From Zygnema circumcarinatum SAG 698-1b (taxonomy: Eukaryota; Plantae; Zygnematophyceae), in the NCBI GenBank assembly GCA_037447605.1, contig CM074807.1:3298829-3362828 (forward strand): a stretch of 64,000 nucleotides of DNA, read 5' to 3'. The position numbers and the translations under genes were made by a program. The notes beneath the pieces are model-generated. The model saw nothing but the letters and a program-made list of their open reading frames with translations. It ran no database searches and had not been told where the DNA came from. Every line of letters begins with the position of its first letter. Positions within the stretch are counted from its first letter, which is position 1. Below are positions 1 through 14,005 of the stretch, one piece after another.

Positions 1-872
1 GAGCAGTATGCGGTCCAGGAGCTACATCATGTGATGTTGCACACGGGGATTATCAATGTCCATTGAATGTTGCGGTTGTATGTGCCCAAAGGAGACTATA
101 GCACATGGAATCGAACGGAAACACAGCCTCCCTTCAGTCACTCAAGTTGTGATTGTAAACGAAAAGGGGAAAGGGGTAGTTGCACACCGACACTGCCTGC
201 CACCTTTTTGGGGGGTTCGGACTTTTTAATTTCTTTCGACCTTTTTTTTGCTACTTTTTTGGCTGACTTCTGAAGATACGTTTCATAGGAAAAGCTGTTC
301 GTTCCTGGTGTCTTGATGCTGCGCCATAATTTGCGCTACACACATCATGGACATCAGTTTTGCTATCGAAGTAATGGCATCATCGTCATCAACATACTCT
401 GTTGTGGGTTCTGTCACACCACACAGAAATCCCAAGCTCCTGCAACACCCACCTTGCCAAAATCAATTCGGTAAATTTCCCCATCCTCAGTCGTTTGCTA
501 CCAGGAGAATTTTGTAGGGTTTTGGGAATTACTCCAAAGCCCTACAACCCCAACCCTCAGTCAATTCAGGCAACGCCATCCCATGCTCCACCCCATCCAA
601 CTCTGGTCTCAGTTCAGTTCCAGTTCAATTTCCCAACTTCTTGCTTCCCTGTCTGCTCAGCTCCTCCAAACGGGCCTTAGGGGCACCCACTTTCGGTGCT
701 CCTATTGGTCCCTCGAGCGGCAGAGGCACCACCCAAGTGCCTTCAGTATGCCAGCTGCTATAAACCTCACCACATAAGGCTTGCCATGGTGAAGCTTCTG
801 ACAGTGACGTGCAGAGCAATCAACACTTCCACGGAGGGATCCCACGAGAGAGCGGGAGTGGGGGAGAGCGAG

Positions 873-1090
<218 letters not shown>

Positions 1091-2227
1091 GGGAGAGAGA
1101 GCGAGAGCGAGAGAGTCATTGACAAGCACCGACAGGCTCAGTTGGGCGACAAAATGAGGTTTAGTGCCTTTAGATTTGAGAGTCCAGACAGACAAGCGGT
1201 CGAGGGAGAAAGGGAGAGAAGGACGGTCGGTCGGTCACTCGGTCGGTCGGTCAACCACCTCCATGTGAGCATTTCCATATGACATTCTGAGCATGTTTCC
1301 AAAGTGAATGGATATTAGAAATCAGCCAATTTAGGAGGCGGGCAGTCCGCCCTGTCCCGCCCCCTCACATGGTTGCAGGCCGCAATGGAGGAGTCTGCCA
1401 AAGCCTGCTTTTCCGCATGAAGTGACTCCTATACCCTGCAGACAAGGAGGAGAGCGGAATATAATTCGTTCATTGCCAGAAACGTACATCAATAGAGCCT
1501 AGGTTCATCGAAGCAGTATTTACAATTTTTCTGAGTTAGTTCTGCCCCTCACGGATGACATGGGTAACTGAGAGAGAGAGTGAGAGAGAGAGAGAGAGAG
1601 TAGTATTGAGGGAGGAGGAGAGGGGAGCGAGAGAGTGTGTGTGTGTGAGGGTGAGGGAGGGAGGTAGAGGGAGGGGAAGGGGGAGAGGGGAAGGAGGAGG
1701 GAGGGAGAGAGGGCGAGAGAGGGGGAGAGGGAGAGAGGGAAAAAGATGGGGGAGAGAGGGAGATGGAGACAGAAAAATCGAGAGAGGGAGAGAGAGCAAG
1801 TTGAATTAGCCAATAGTGGACGCATACCTTCAGTGTAGGCGAGGCTCCTAGAAGATTCCAAGCTTTCGCGTTTATTTCCTCCCTTGGGTCTTTGGGCGGT
1901 TTCCGATGAACAATAATGGGTTCCCTACGCGGGAGTCTCTCACTACTCAGCTAACAAATTCTATATACTAAAACCCATACTGACTTTACAAAAGCTGAAA
2001 AAGCTCCGATCTCACAAAAATATTGTAGTGGTACAGATGCCTAGTCAGAAACCCTCTTCTCTCCCCTTATCTATTTTTCCTTTCTTCAGCAAGGAACACT
2101 CTTTTTTTCCCAATGCCGTCTCCCCCAGTGTAAGTAAGTACAAGGGCTGGAGGACCGCCTTCTCAACCCATACATACTGGAGCCCTCATCCCTCCCTTCC
2201 TCTCTCCCTCTCCCTCCCTCTCCCTCC

Positions 2228-5200
2228 CTACATGCTTGCTTTTGAAGCCATGGGCTTACCATCCATGTCAGGCTTCTTTATTCTCCCACCTCTGCCACTT
2301 TCTCCTGCTTTTCGAGGCTTCGGAACATTATTCACATCCCGACCAAAGCCTTCTTCTTTGGAATCGTTCTCCTCTCCATTTCGCTGCCTAAATCCCACTC
2401 CCGCAACCTTCTTCCCTCCCGCCCTCCTCCCAAAACTTCCTCCTCTCCCTCTCTCAAGCGTTCCCACTTTATCTCTCTCTTCTGGCTCCTGCCCATCTCC
2501 AGAAGCCTCTCCCGCATGGCCGTTCACTCTCCCTCCCACCGCTTCAGCGTCTCTCCCACCCTCACTCTCCCTCCCCCCTTCTCCTCCGCCATTCCCCCTA
2601 TCATTCACCTTATTACGATGGTCCTCCACACCCTTCCCCCACGTTCCTCCCTCTCCTTCTCTCCCTCCCTCTTCTCCCACTGCCCCCCCTTCTGTTGGTC
2701 CATTCACAAGTGCCTCCCCTTCAAGAAGTCCTTTTGCAGAAACTGACTTCAAAAGAGCTACAGCTAAATCTGCCTCCTTCAATAGGACAGATTCCGGCTC
2801 TGATCTGCTCTTTGGCCCATCAGAAACCCTTCTCTGCATTGTAAAACTTCTAGGAGTAGAGGCAGAAGGAGGTTCTTTACCCTCTTTTTCCGCTCTCTCT
2901 GCCATTAGCTTTGCCTGCCGGGCCTTCTCCATTTCCGCTTTCATTGCTTTCTCTACTTTCTTCTTTTCTGCCAAAACAGCCTTTTCGTTTTCATCCGCAG
3001 CTTTCTTGAACATAGTGATGAAGTTCCACAGAACAAGAGTCACTGGATTACCAAAGGCACGTTCTATGCGTCAGTTCCGTTGGGGAGAGTGTGCGTTTCA
3101 TGAGAACGAGAGGATAGGGAGAGGGAGAAGGAAGGAAAGGTGAAGAAGAGAGGCGAAGAGACAGGTGAGGAAGAAAGAAAAGGAAAGAGGAGAGGAAACG
3201 AGAAGTACGGAGAGAATAGGGAAGAAATACGAGGGAAGATGAGCATAGTAATGAGACTTTACAGCTAGATATCACACCTAGTTTTTACGGCTTCTAAATT
3301 TTCAAGGCCCATTAAGTCAATTTCTGCCTCTAATTCCCACCCTCTAATGCAGGCGAAAAAACGAATGTTTCTTACCTTGTTCAAAGGGGCAGCGAGCCGG
3401 ATCTTCTCCAAAGTATCGCGACAAGATGTCTGCATTGCGGCCCTGTAATAAAAAGAAACAAAAAAGAAAAAAAAGAAAACCCGACAAATTTAAAATATGA
3501 GCAATGGTAAATCTTGAGCACAAGAAGAGAGAAATCACCCAAATCACCTCTCTCTCCCCCCCCTTCTCTCTCGCTCTCTCTATCTCGTTCTCTGTTTACC
3601 TAAGACCCTACAAACTCCCCGGTGGTTGGATAACGTCCGAACAAGGACAGTCCTAAAGAGTTTCAAATAACTATCGAACTTCACTCCCCGTCTTGCTTAC
3701 AAAGAGAAAGATAAGAGCATGTCATGATGACTAGTTTATGATGAAATATCTCACCACATCTGCATACATCGCAGCAAGCTCTCTCGCCCGTGCTCCCGCG
3801 GCCTCCAAAAATGATTTCAGAACCTAAGGAGCCGGAAAACGCAAACAGTTCGACTAATTAAATGAGGGTGAGGAAGAGAGGGGGAGAGAGAGAGAGAGAG
3901 AGTGGGGGGGGGGGGGGAAGAGAGAGAGAGCTAGAGCGGAAGAGAGGGAACGAGAGAGATAGTTAGAAAGGGCGAGGGGGAGGGCGAAAGAGGGAGAACG
4001 GGAGAGAAGAGAGAGGGAGTTGAACAAGAGGTAAGCGAAAAGGCAGCGAAACTGGCCTCGCTGTAAGTTTATGAAGCTTTTAAAATGTCAGATATTCAAA
4101 CTCTTGGCACTTTCAGATTTTCAAATTTTCAGAGTTTGGAATTTTTCAAATATGCACCTTTCGGAAGCCCTCCGAAATCGGCCCATCTTCCTCCGATGCG
4201 GCGAGTTCCCTCTCCATCTTTTCAAGGCCTTGGTTCACGGACTGCATTTCTTCTGCAACTACTTTCAGTTGAACCTAAGGACCAATATAAACAAATAAAA
4301 TAAACCCATTTTAGTGAACTGGGAAAACTCACAAACTTTGTAAGAAACAAGAAGAAGCATTGTTTTGAGAGCTTATTTTGGCTTTGAAATGCTTCCTCGA
4401 GTGGATTCTCAAAACTTTCATTATATAAGATAAGGACCATACTAAAACCATCGCAGCTACACTCCCAATTTCTGACTGTAATCTGCCTAGAAGCAGAATC
4501 CAGAAAAAAGGAACAAACAAACAAACAAACATGCTGAAGTATGCCAACTTTATTCGATGAATTTCGCAACTGATTAGCCAATCCTAAAAATTCTGTAAGG
4601 CCCAAAACAGGTTGACAGTAGAGCCTTAATAACTAGTTACCTTTTGAGCATCCCCCATATGAGGGAGCTCATTATAAAAATCGATCAATTCCGGAAGTTT
4701 TTCCGCCAACACCTGCACTCAATAAAACCCAAATCAAATAAACCGACAATCATAATGCAAGTCACGTCAGCTTTAGTCTAATGAAAAGACCGTTTCGCTA
4801 AATAGTGTTGCAGGAGAAAAAAAAAAGATGAGCTTCAAAACCAACGAAATGATTGAAGGAATAACGGTATTTCTTTGCATATTTGAATGAATGAAAAATC
4901 CGCATAATCCTGATAAAGTAAATGCCTGAACTTTGAAGCCCTCAAAGTGTAGAAGCCCCACACCTTGCACAAATAGTGCATGAGAGTCATCTTGTTGTTG
5001 CGCGCTCGAGTGTCCGTCAGCTTCAGCAGACTGTCAAGCTTGAAGCCGATCGCAGAACCTGTAATGGGGCGAGAGAGAGAGAGAGAGAGATAGCGGGGGG
5101 AGAGAGTGTGGGGGGAGAGAGGGAGGGAGAGGGAGAAAGAGAGGAGAAATGGAGGGGGAGGAGAGGGGGAAGAGAGAGAGAGAGAGAGATAGCGGGGGGA

Positions 5201-8200
5201 GAGAGAGAGTGGGGGGAGAGAGGGAGGGAGAGGGAGAAAGAGAGGAGAAATGGAGGGCGGAGAGAGGGGGAGAGAGAGAGCGGGGGGAGAGGAAGAGAAA
5301 GAGGAGAGAGAGTCAGTCCCTTGGCAAACACTAGACCAATACACAGATTGACCTCACGGATAATGCACTCAACATTGGCAACAAAAAGCAAGGCTACGAC
5401 ATTTTTAAATCATCTCTAAACCCTAAATAACTCATTTTGTGCAGCGAGCAATGGGCGTTTGCCAAACAACTTATTCCGAGGACCAAGCATGAAATTTTTT
5501 CCACCTCTTGCAGTCCCTTGGTTGAGAGCGTTTCCGAGCGAGAGAATGGTCTGCATGATCTGCTTCAACTTTGTGGATTCTCGGACCTGCCCATGCACCG
5601 CTTTGCCGCAAGTTAGGATATGGCTAGTGATGAAGATATTTGAACAAAAAAGATATATATATGTATATATATATATATATAAACAGGAATTGAAGTCCAT
5701 TGGGTCTTCGGGTGGGCACAAGGAAGAAAAAATTCAGTTCATGAATACATGTCTATATTCTCTTTCCAAAATTCAAAATAAACGTGTCATTTTCCCTTGA
5801 AATTTGTGCAAAATAGCTGTGATGGAAGTCTACAGAGGGAGAGCATAATGGCCAAAAATGCGAAGGATAGAAAATTTGTATAGAACAAGAAGGGAATAGG
5901 GAGAGGAGAAGGAGGTAGAATAAGAGTTGGGTCCATACCTCTTTACATGCACTATTCACTGTTTCCAAACACTTCTTCAAATCTCCAGTCTGCCAAACCG
6001 TCCACCCATATAAACATGTCCATTCCTCATCAATTAAACCCACAATATGAATGCAATAAGAATCGCAAAGATTCGCACAACCTTCATGCATAAAATGAGC
6101 AAAAATCGATAGCCAGCCTTTGGGTTTTTTGAATTTTATAGAGTGAAAGAAACGCCCTATGGAAGCAATGAGTTAAGAAGTTTCGGAAAAGAAGTAGGGC
6201 AGAAGGAGACAGAAGAGGGCAGAGGGCGGGGGAGGAGGAGACGGAACGGGGGAGAAGGTGGAGGGAGTGGAAGAGGGGCTAGGGCGGGGATAAGAAGAGG
6301 AGAGAGGGGACGAGGAGACGTGGCCAAGAAGGGAAGAGGCCAAGTGAGAGAGAGGAGGGAGGCGAGGGAGTGGCAATCAATGACTGATGGAACAAGCCAT
6401 ACCTGCTGGTCGAATGCAATCTTAAAAGAGAAAACTCGGAGCTTCATTTCCATGCGGGGCGCCCTCATCATCTCCAAAAAGAACTGTCCCAACAAGTCAC
6501 ATTTTACTACGCCAATAGTGAGCGTATGGTTAGCTTTTGATTGTCGTTCTTTCCATGTACGAGATGGCTTCCAGGCTTATGCTACTGACTAAATCTGACT
6601 AAATCCAACAATCAAACTGCAGGATGCAGATGGAAGCAACCCTATCAAACAACGTGGGCAGACTTGAAATGGCAAACTTGACAAACGAAAGTTGTCGAGG
6701 GTTGTCTAGCACTTTTGCACAAGCAGGTATTTAGGATTTTTCAACGCCATATACCTGCTCACACTTCCCAAGTGCAGCCTTATCGCCTTTATATCCCTGA
6801 AACAAACCCACATCTCCAAAAAAGTTATCTCAGAAAATAACAGAAATGCTAACGTTTGCCAAGAACGAAAATCCACTGCATTACGAGAAACTAAAGAACA
6901 AATAACGCTCTTCATGAATGAACATACAATGAATAATGATCACTAATTTTTGAAGTCACAATGACGTGCCGTACATGCACTCCAAGCACTCTCTTATCTC
7001 CTTCCTCTCTCCCTTTGTCAAATGATACACATGATGACGAGCTTCAGTGCATACTTTGAGCATATCCATTTCCTCCTTTGTTGGGCAGAACTTCATGAGA
7101 TTATCGATCTGGTCAGCATCCAGGATCGATGCATCGAGTGCCAACACCGCATTCTGCACAGCTCAAATAGGGAATAGGTCAAACCACAACCATTAACGAT
7201 TCGACGAAGGAAAGGATGCATTATTGACCCGGGAGATAAGAGGCGGGGGGAGAGAGAGAGGGGGAGAGAGAGAGGGAGGGAAGGGGGGGAAGAGGAGGGG
7301 GAAGAGAGGGAGGGATAGATGGAGGGGGGTGAGGCGTGAGGGGAAAAAGGGGATGAGGGGAGAGGGAGGACAAGGAAGTGGAAAAGGGGTAGGAGAGATA
7401 GACGCAGACAGAGAGAAAGAGTTGGGGAAGGAGACAATTGAATCTCTTGAATGACATCAGGACGAAAGAAACCCTATGCAATGCAGGTAGTGAAAAAAAT
7501 GCACCCACTTACCACTACTTCTGGAAGCGCCATCTTTATCTTTGTGAGCATGATTTCGCAATTATTGGCTCTCCGTATATCAACCTGCACACAACATTTT
7601 TTCGCACATTCTTCATTACAGAAAGCCCTAGAATAGACCACATGTTTGATTCTGGAGTTTATCAGAATCCGTAGAATGTAATATCTGATTATTGAAACTT
7701 GCAAAGAAAACCAAATCCGGCCCAACAAGCAAAATCTCACCGACTGCAAAGTTACAGTGCAACTCTTGAATAAAAAAGGGCTTTTAGGGTAAGACGGGAC
7801 TGCCAATGACGTTAGTCGAAAATCCCTGCTTGGACCATCCAACTTTTAGTATTCAGAGTTTGTTGGTTTGTAAGTTTGCAGGCACTAACCAGCTGCACTT
7901 TGTCGGACTTGCCTCCAAGAGACATCCGCTTCTTCTCTTTGGGATCTACTGCCTTTTCCGGTGCAGCTGTTGAAAAGAGGTCTTCCAACTCAGACAAATC
8001 GAAGGAAGGGGTCCTACATAATGTCCAGCACAATGCACCAAAAGCAGAAGCAGAATTAGTCATAGAGAACTTCACAAAATCGACCAATTTATTTGCAGAA
8101 AATAGTGCATTCATGTATCACGTAGCTGCATTACATTACAATAAGCATAGTTTGTGAGATATTTGTTCATATAAATTTGCAAGCCGAGGCCCCAAACCAA

Positions 8201-11200
8201 CTGGAGTTTTAGTTTCAGTGAATGACTGTTTTACTTGTGCCTATGTAAACAACTTTTGTTGTTATTATATATACATACATGCATAATGGTTTTTACCAGT
8301 TATGCTAAGAATCTAAAGCGCTCACTTGGGACGAGACATTTTGTGTTTAAAGTTTCCAAACCAAACCACAAACACCACAATTCATACAGCTTGGAGCGGT
8401 CTAGTACAGGCCTAGATACCCTTTTTTAGTGAGTTACAAGATGTCTCCAGAATTTACTTGTGAAACCAATACTTGCAAAATTAGCTACACAGAGCAGCCC
8501 CCCCAAGAACTTACCTCGTAGTCTGTGGCTCCTTCTGAGTCTCTGACCACAAGCTTCCCTCCATTGGTCTCGTAATCTTTCCCCAATACAACGACTTCAT
8601 TTGTGGTTTCTTTGCAGGAGTTGCGGGAGCCGCAGGTGCTTCGCTTCCATTCTCCTTCACAGCACTTCCTTTCCGTGGAGGAGGAGGGGGGGCTCCCTTT
8701 CCGGGAGGAGGAGGGGGGGCTCTCACTCCCGCAGGAAGCTTACCAGGGGGAGGGGGAGGAGGGGGTCCACCTCTAATCCCTGCAGGAAGGCCTGAGGGAG
8801 GGGGGGGAGGAGGGGGGCCACCTGCCCCTCTAATCCCAGCAGGAAGACCAGGAGGGGGAGGAGGAGGGGGGGGACCTCCTCTAATTCCGGCAGGAAGACC
8901 AGGAGGAGGTGGAGGAGGAGGAGGAGGGCCTGCTTGTGCTCCTCTAATTCCAGCAGGAAGTCCGGGAGGAGGAGGAGGAGGAGGAGGGGGGGGACCTCCT
9001 CCTTGAGCTCCTCTTATTCCGGCAGGGAGACCAGGAGGAGGGGGAGGAGGAGGGGGGGGAGGACCTCCTCCTCTAATTCCGGCAGGGAGACTAGGAGGGG
9101 GGGGAGGAGGAGGTGGGGGAGGACCTCCTCCTCTAATTCCGGCAGGGAGACTAGGAGGGGGAGGAGGAGGAGGGGGGGGAGGACCTCCTCCTCTAATTCC
9201 GGCAGGGAGATTAGGAGGGGGGGGAGGAGGAGGGGGAGGTGGGGCCCCTTGTGCTCCTCTAATTCCGGCAGGGAGACCTGGGGGAGGTGGAGGTGGCGGC
9301 GGTGCATTTCTGATGCCAGCTGGAAGAGCGGGAGGTGGAGGAGGTGGAGGAGGAGGAGGGGCAAATCTAATACCAGCAGGGAGTTCAGGGGGAGGGGGAG
9401 GGGGTGGTGGAGGCGCATTCTCATGGGCACCTCTAATCCCTGCAGGAAGTTCAGGTGGTGGTGGAGGTGGAGGAGGAGGAGCCATGAAAGAACCTTGAGC
9501 GGGTCTTATTCCCACTGGAAGAGCTGGTGGAGGAGGGGGAGGGGGGGGAGGAGGAGGGGGACGATTTCCCTGTGCTGCTCGTATTCCTACTGGCAATGCT
9601 GGAGGTGGCGGTGGAGGGGGAGGTGGAGGGGCACCTGTTCTTTGAGAAGCCCTTATCCCTACAGGGAGTTCTGGGGGGGGAGGGGGAGGAGGAGGAGGAG
9701 GGGCACCTCTTCCGGCACCTCTGATTCCCGCAGGAAGCTCAGGAGGTGGTGGAGGAGGAGGTGGACCTTTTCTTTGTGCAGCTTTAATAGAGACAGGTAG
9801 TTCTGGAAGTGGTGGAGGAGGGGGAGGAGGAGCCCCTATTACTTTAGTAGCACTAATCCCCACAGGCAATGCTTCTGGAAGTTGAGAGGGGGAAGGCGGG
9901 GGAGGAGCACCTTCTGCTTGCCAAGAACTGACTGCAGCAGGTACAACATCCGTTCCTTCAGTTGCATTTCTTTCAACAGAAAATTCGAATGAAGGGGGAC
10001 GAGGGGGAGGAGGGGCAGGAGAATGGCCATTCGCTGATGGAGGCAAGGGATGCTCGATCTGAGAGCTTCTGCTTGTTTCTTGATATCCTGGTGAAGGGGA
10101 AGAATTTTGAGAGAAGGATTGGACAGGATAAGCTGCTTCTGTTTGTTGATACGATCCTACAGCGACTGAAGGAGGTGAAGAAGCGGCAGAAAGCCCAGAA
10201 TGGAGAGTCTCGGATACAGCAAAACCTGTCTGAGGTTGGGCATGCTCTTGTGGAGAAACGGAATAAGAACTGGCTAAAGACTCCTGACTTTCAGTGAACC
10301 TGACAGTTAGACTGTGTGAGGAGCTTACTGAAACTACATCAACATCTGATGGCTCTGATTCACTCCCGTGCATAGGCCTCTCCTTTTCATATCTCTGCCC
10401 TACCGCTCCCTTCTGCAGGGGCTTGCCCTGCAGCGAAGCCCGTGCATTGAGTGGAGGTGAATGGCTTCTGCTCCTTGCTGGTGAACGCACATCGAGACTG
10501 AAATCTTCGAGTTCCTCTTCTGTAGAGCCTTGCTGCGACTGAACAGAAGCTCCATTGGATAATGGGAAGGGTGGAACAACAAAATCGTCGTCCAGGGCGA
10601 ATGAATCTTGGCTGCTTAAAACACTGCTTTTTGCCGGATTCCGGGGAGAAGTGTTTTTACTTCTAGGATATCTCGCCTTCCTTGCACGGGAATCCAAGGA
10701 ATCGTCGAATGACAATCCTCCTCCCCCATGCCCATGAGAAGCAGATCGCACCATCCTTTGAACTGGAGACATGGCAAAAACACTAGGGGTCCTAGAGCCT
10801 GAAAAGGATGAAAATGTTAGGGGGGTTTCTTCTGGAGACGACATATCCGATTCGTACTCCTCATTGTAGAAATTGTAATCACGTTCATTACTGTTCCACA
10901 TAGGTGTATGCTGCATGGACGCTGACCTTTTGTGGGAGCCAACCCTACCAAGTCCTCTCTCTGTAGCTTCTCCCTGTCTATCCCATGTTTCACGCTTTTG
11001 CCTAGACGTTGGCAAACTGTCTGCTTCCGTTATTGCCTTCCGAATCTTGTCGATGGTATCCTTGTGAATTCCTCCACCCCAATCAATATCCGCAGAATTG
11101 AAAAGCTCTTGTAGTTTTGCAAAGGCTTCCACGGGAAGGCCACCCTTTTCCTCACCATTTACGAATGCTGGAGTAGTGACAAACGGAGTAGTAGCGGTTG

Positions 11201-13108
11201 GAGTTTCCGGCACACTATGGATAGCACTCTCCAACTCTGCCAACAAGACCTGCAATCCAAGTAATCGAGACCATGTCAAATGGTTGGGCCACAGGTGATC
11301 TCCGAAGTCCGCAAGGAATCCCTCTCTAACCTGAAACTTTCCTAGCTTTAAATGCCAACATGGAGGATCCCTGATAAAGCATGAGTTCAATATGACGTTT
11401 TCCGAATATAACGGCTCACCTCAGCTCTGAAGTCCTTAGTGAATCGCTCCTTTGCGTTCCAAACAATGTCAATTTCATCACGGTTCAACATGAGCATGTT
11501 CGACCTCACAAAGCCGGTGTTGAACATCACTCTGAACATCATTTCTTCGCGATTGTTCTCCGTATCAAGATGGACGCATTCGAGCACAACATCACCTTGA
11601 ATAGCGCACTGTATGTCAATCTTGACCACATCACAGTCAACCTGACGGAACCAACCAAGCACCCAGCAACCGACCCAGAAAAAAGAATAAAGCCCCCTCA
11701 CTTTACCCAATGATTTCCAAAGCTCTTCAAATGTTAAACCCTCCGAAGCAGAAAAAGATCCATTACAAAAGGGGCAGTAAATCTTTGGAGATGATGAGAA
11801 TAACCTCAAAGCAATATCCTAAGTGCACAGCCCCGTATAAACAAACAACTACCAAATGACCTAGTTCAAGTTAATTTAAGAAGAGTCAACGAGAACAGCA
11901 CACAGCTCTCATAATCTTACGGATTCTCAAAAAGGGAATGGCGCACTTCACTAAGAAAATGGCTTTCACACGCTAGAGATTGAAACTGCATCAAGATTCA
12001 ACTGACTAAGCATCATCCAGCGTGTGAGCCGAATACCTGCCGGTAATGCCGGACATTCTTGTTCTTCTTTCCCATAGAAAACAACAAATCAGTAACTCGA
12101 CGATCAGGATTTCTTGGATCTCTTCCATACACCTTCACGGCTGCTCTGCATCCTCCCAAACTATCAAAACTTGGAACCGTTCGCATCATCAAGCAATCGA
12201 GCACTAGGGCCCGTTCCTCCGGAGGCCAGTCGGGCATATTACTCCTTCTAGTGACATACTGCAAATACCGAAGCTGTGAAGGCACGGGGGTCAACGGAGA
12301 GAGCAGCTGCAACAGATTTTTTGGAGCCTCCTTGTGGATGTGAGACAGCGTTTTTTCTTCGCCAGAGCTCTCCTTCCGAAACAACAAGAAGGAGGATATT
12401 ATAAAGGCCAGCAAAGGCCAACCACCCCGTTCACAATGCAGTAATACTACATTTCTCCCCTCGTCCATATTTAGCCAGCTTTCAGCTGATTTCAAAAAGT
12501 GATGGACCATTTCCATGGATATAATAGGGCAGCCTTCAAAATGGCGTGGATAGTCCATGACAGTGATGTCATATTGTGACACCATGTCTGTGAGCAGACT
12601 CCTCCTATCACCCTCTCTAAAATTGAATACGAGAAAGGATGACTCTGGAAACAATTCATGGAGCTGAGTTGCAATTTGCCGCATATACATCTTGTATGTC
12701 TCTTCCTCCACCGCGTCGGTGGAGAAGCAAGAGTCGAAGGCTGCAGCCAGAGAAAAAATAGTCTCGCGAAGACGATTTCAGCTCCCTTTCCCACGCTTTT
12801 CTCTTTCAAACCAGCAAACGCTCTACGCAATCAACTGGCAATGTAAGTCAAACACAAAAAGTTGACTTTTGCGTGATGTTTCTGCAGTCTCTGAATATAA
12901 AGGCATCCCTGAGCCATAATATAAGGCATAAAAATTCGCCAAAGGTAGCATGTGCCTTCTTTCCACCCTAGACTGCTTGACAGCGTCTACTTTTCTCACC
13001 ACCCCTTTATCTCCAACATCCTTCCCACTCCTCCCTCCTTCCTCTCCATCAATGGCTTGCGATTGGGAATTTCCAAACAAAATGCGAAGGTGCGCGGAAG
13101 AGAGAGAC

Positions 13109-13202
<94 letters not shown>

Positions 13203-13324
13203 GGAGAGCCAGAGAGAGAGGGAGAGAGAGGACGGGAGGGTGGGAGAGTACCATAAGCGCGGTCAGCGATTTGCAGCAAGCCATCAGGCGGCTTGGAAGA
13301 AAACCACTTCCGCCAGAGCGACAT
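2228..13324 (-). CDS. Class II plant formin (PTEN-like + C2 + FH1 + FH2), about 1839 aa, 17 exons
   Basis: N-terminus [31 protein letters not shown] matches the class II formin start. It has the PTEN-like [14 protein letters not shown] motif, a C2 exon ([22 protein letters not shown]), a polyproline FH1 and FH2 motifs ([46 protein letters not shown]). Phase-consistent GT-AG exons: 13324-13252, 12740-12037, 11641-11420, 11249-8515, 8013-7890, 7584-7513, 7153-7055, 6796-6755, 6483-6403, 5989-5939, 5586-5505, 5058-4964, 4712-4641, 4274-4158, 3823-3755, 3442-3376, 3042-2228. A GTAAGC donor at 2259 may give an alternative C-terminus. Confidence 0.96.
5070..5310 (+). repeat. Purine-rich tandem duplication (about 105-bp unit, two copies plus a partial) in a formin intron
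   Basis: The block gagagagatagcggggggagag...gggagaaagagaggagaaatggagggg occurs twice in tandem. Confidence 0.8.
8660..9910 (-). repeat. Coding tandem repeat: formin FH1 units P(7-12)-x-LP(A/V)GIR(G/A)
   Basis: About 19 units are read directly from ORF 8511..11390. Confidence 0.93.
13111..13201 (+). repeat. (GA)n microsatellite, about 45 units, in formin intron 1
   Basis: Perfect AG run. Confidence 0.97.
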
Positions 13325-13801
13325 GCTGGCTGGCCTGCTCCCTCTGCAGCTGCAGTCGCTCTACCAGGCCGGCAAAGACAGACCGAAGGAGGCAGCATGA
13401 GCGACAGCTGCCGGACATGGCATGGCTGCCACCACGCTTGAAGCCGCCTCCGTCGCGCTCTCCAAGGATACTACTCCCTTCCTTCTGCAGAAAGACAACA
13501 AATTAGGTCTAAGTTTGACCTTCTGCACTTTCCTTAACCCTAAAACATCGCCAAGAAGATCAGTCCCCTAATCAGCAACGGCATGTATAAAAACCCCCGG
13601 TTTTGATGACGCCCATTGCATGTGCGTGCGAGTGTGAAGCTCTCCAGCACAGGCTATGGCGGATCTGCGCAACCCTAGAATGCCGGTGACTGCATGGCGG
13701 TTACTTGCGAGAGCCGGGCGGACATGGCAGAGCGCGCCTTCATTTTAAGGACGAGCCCTTCTCTCCACCTTCAAACACACATGGCCTCCTTCGCACCCCA
13801 T

Positions 13802-14005
13802 AGGGTCATGGGGCCATGGGGTGCCAAGGAGGCATGGGGTCATGGGGTCATGGGGTCATGAGGTCATGGGGCCATGGGGTGCCAGGAGGCATGGGGCCAT
13901 AGGGGCTTGGGGCCATGGGGCCATGGGGTGCCAAGGAGGCATGGGGCCATAGAGGTTTGGGGCCATGGGGCCATGGGGCCATGGGGTAGGGTAAGGGGCC
14001 ATGGA
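13802..14005 (+). repeat. GGGG(C/T)CAT 8-mer tandem repeat with a higher-order unit of about 50 bp
   Basis: Repeated ggggccat/ggggtcat is interleaved with three copies of ggggtgcc(a)aggaggcat. Confidence 0.9.

Noticed and set aside
8934-9800. Arg/Gly-rich plus-strand ORFs overlapping the formin
   Set aside because: Antisense and alternative-frame shadows of the CCN-rich FH1 repeat.
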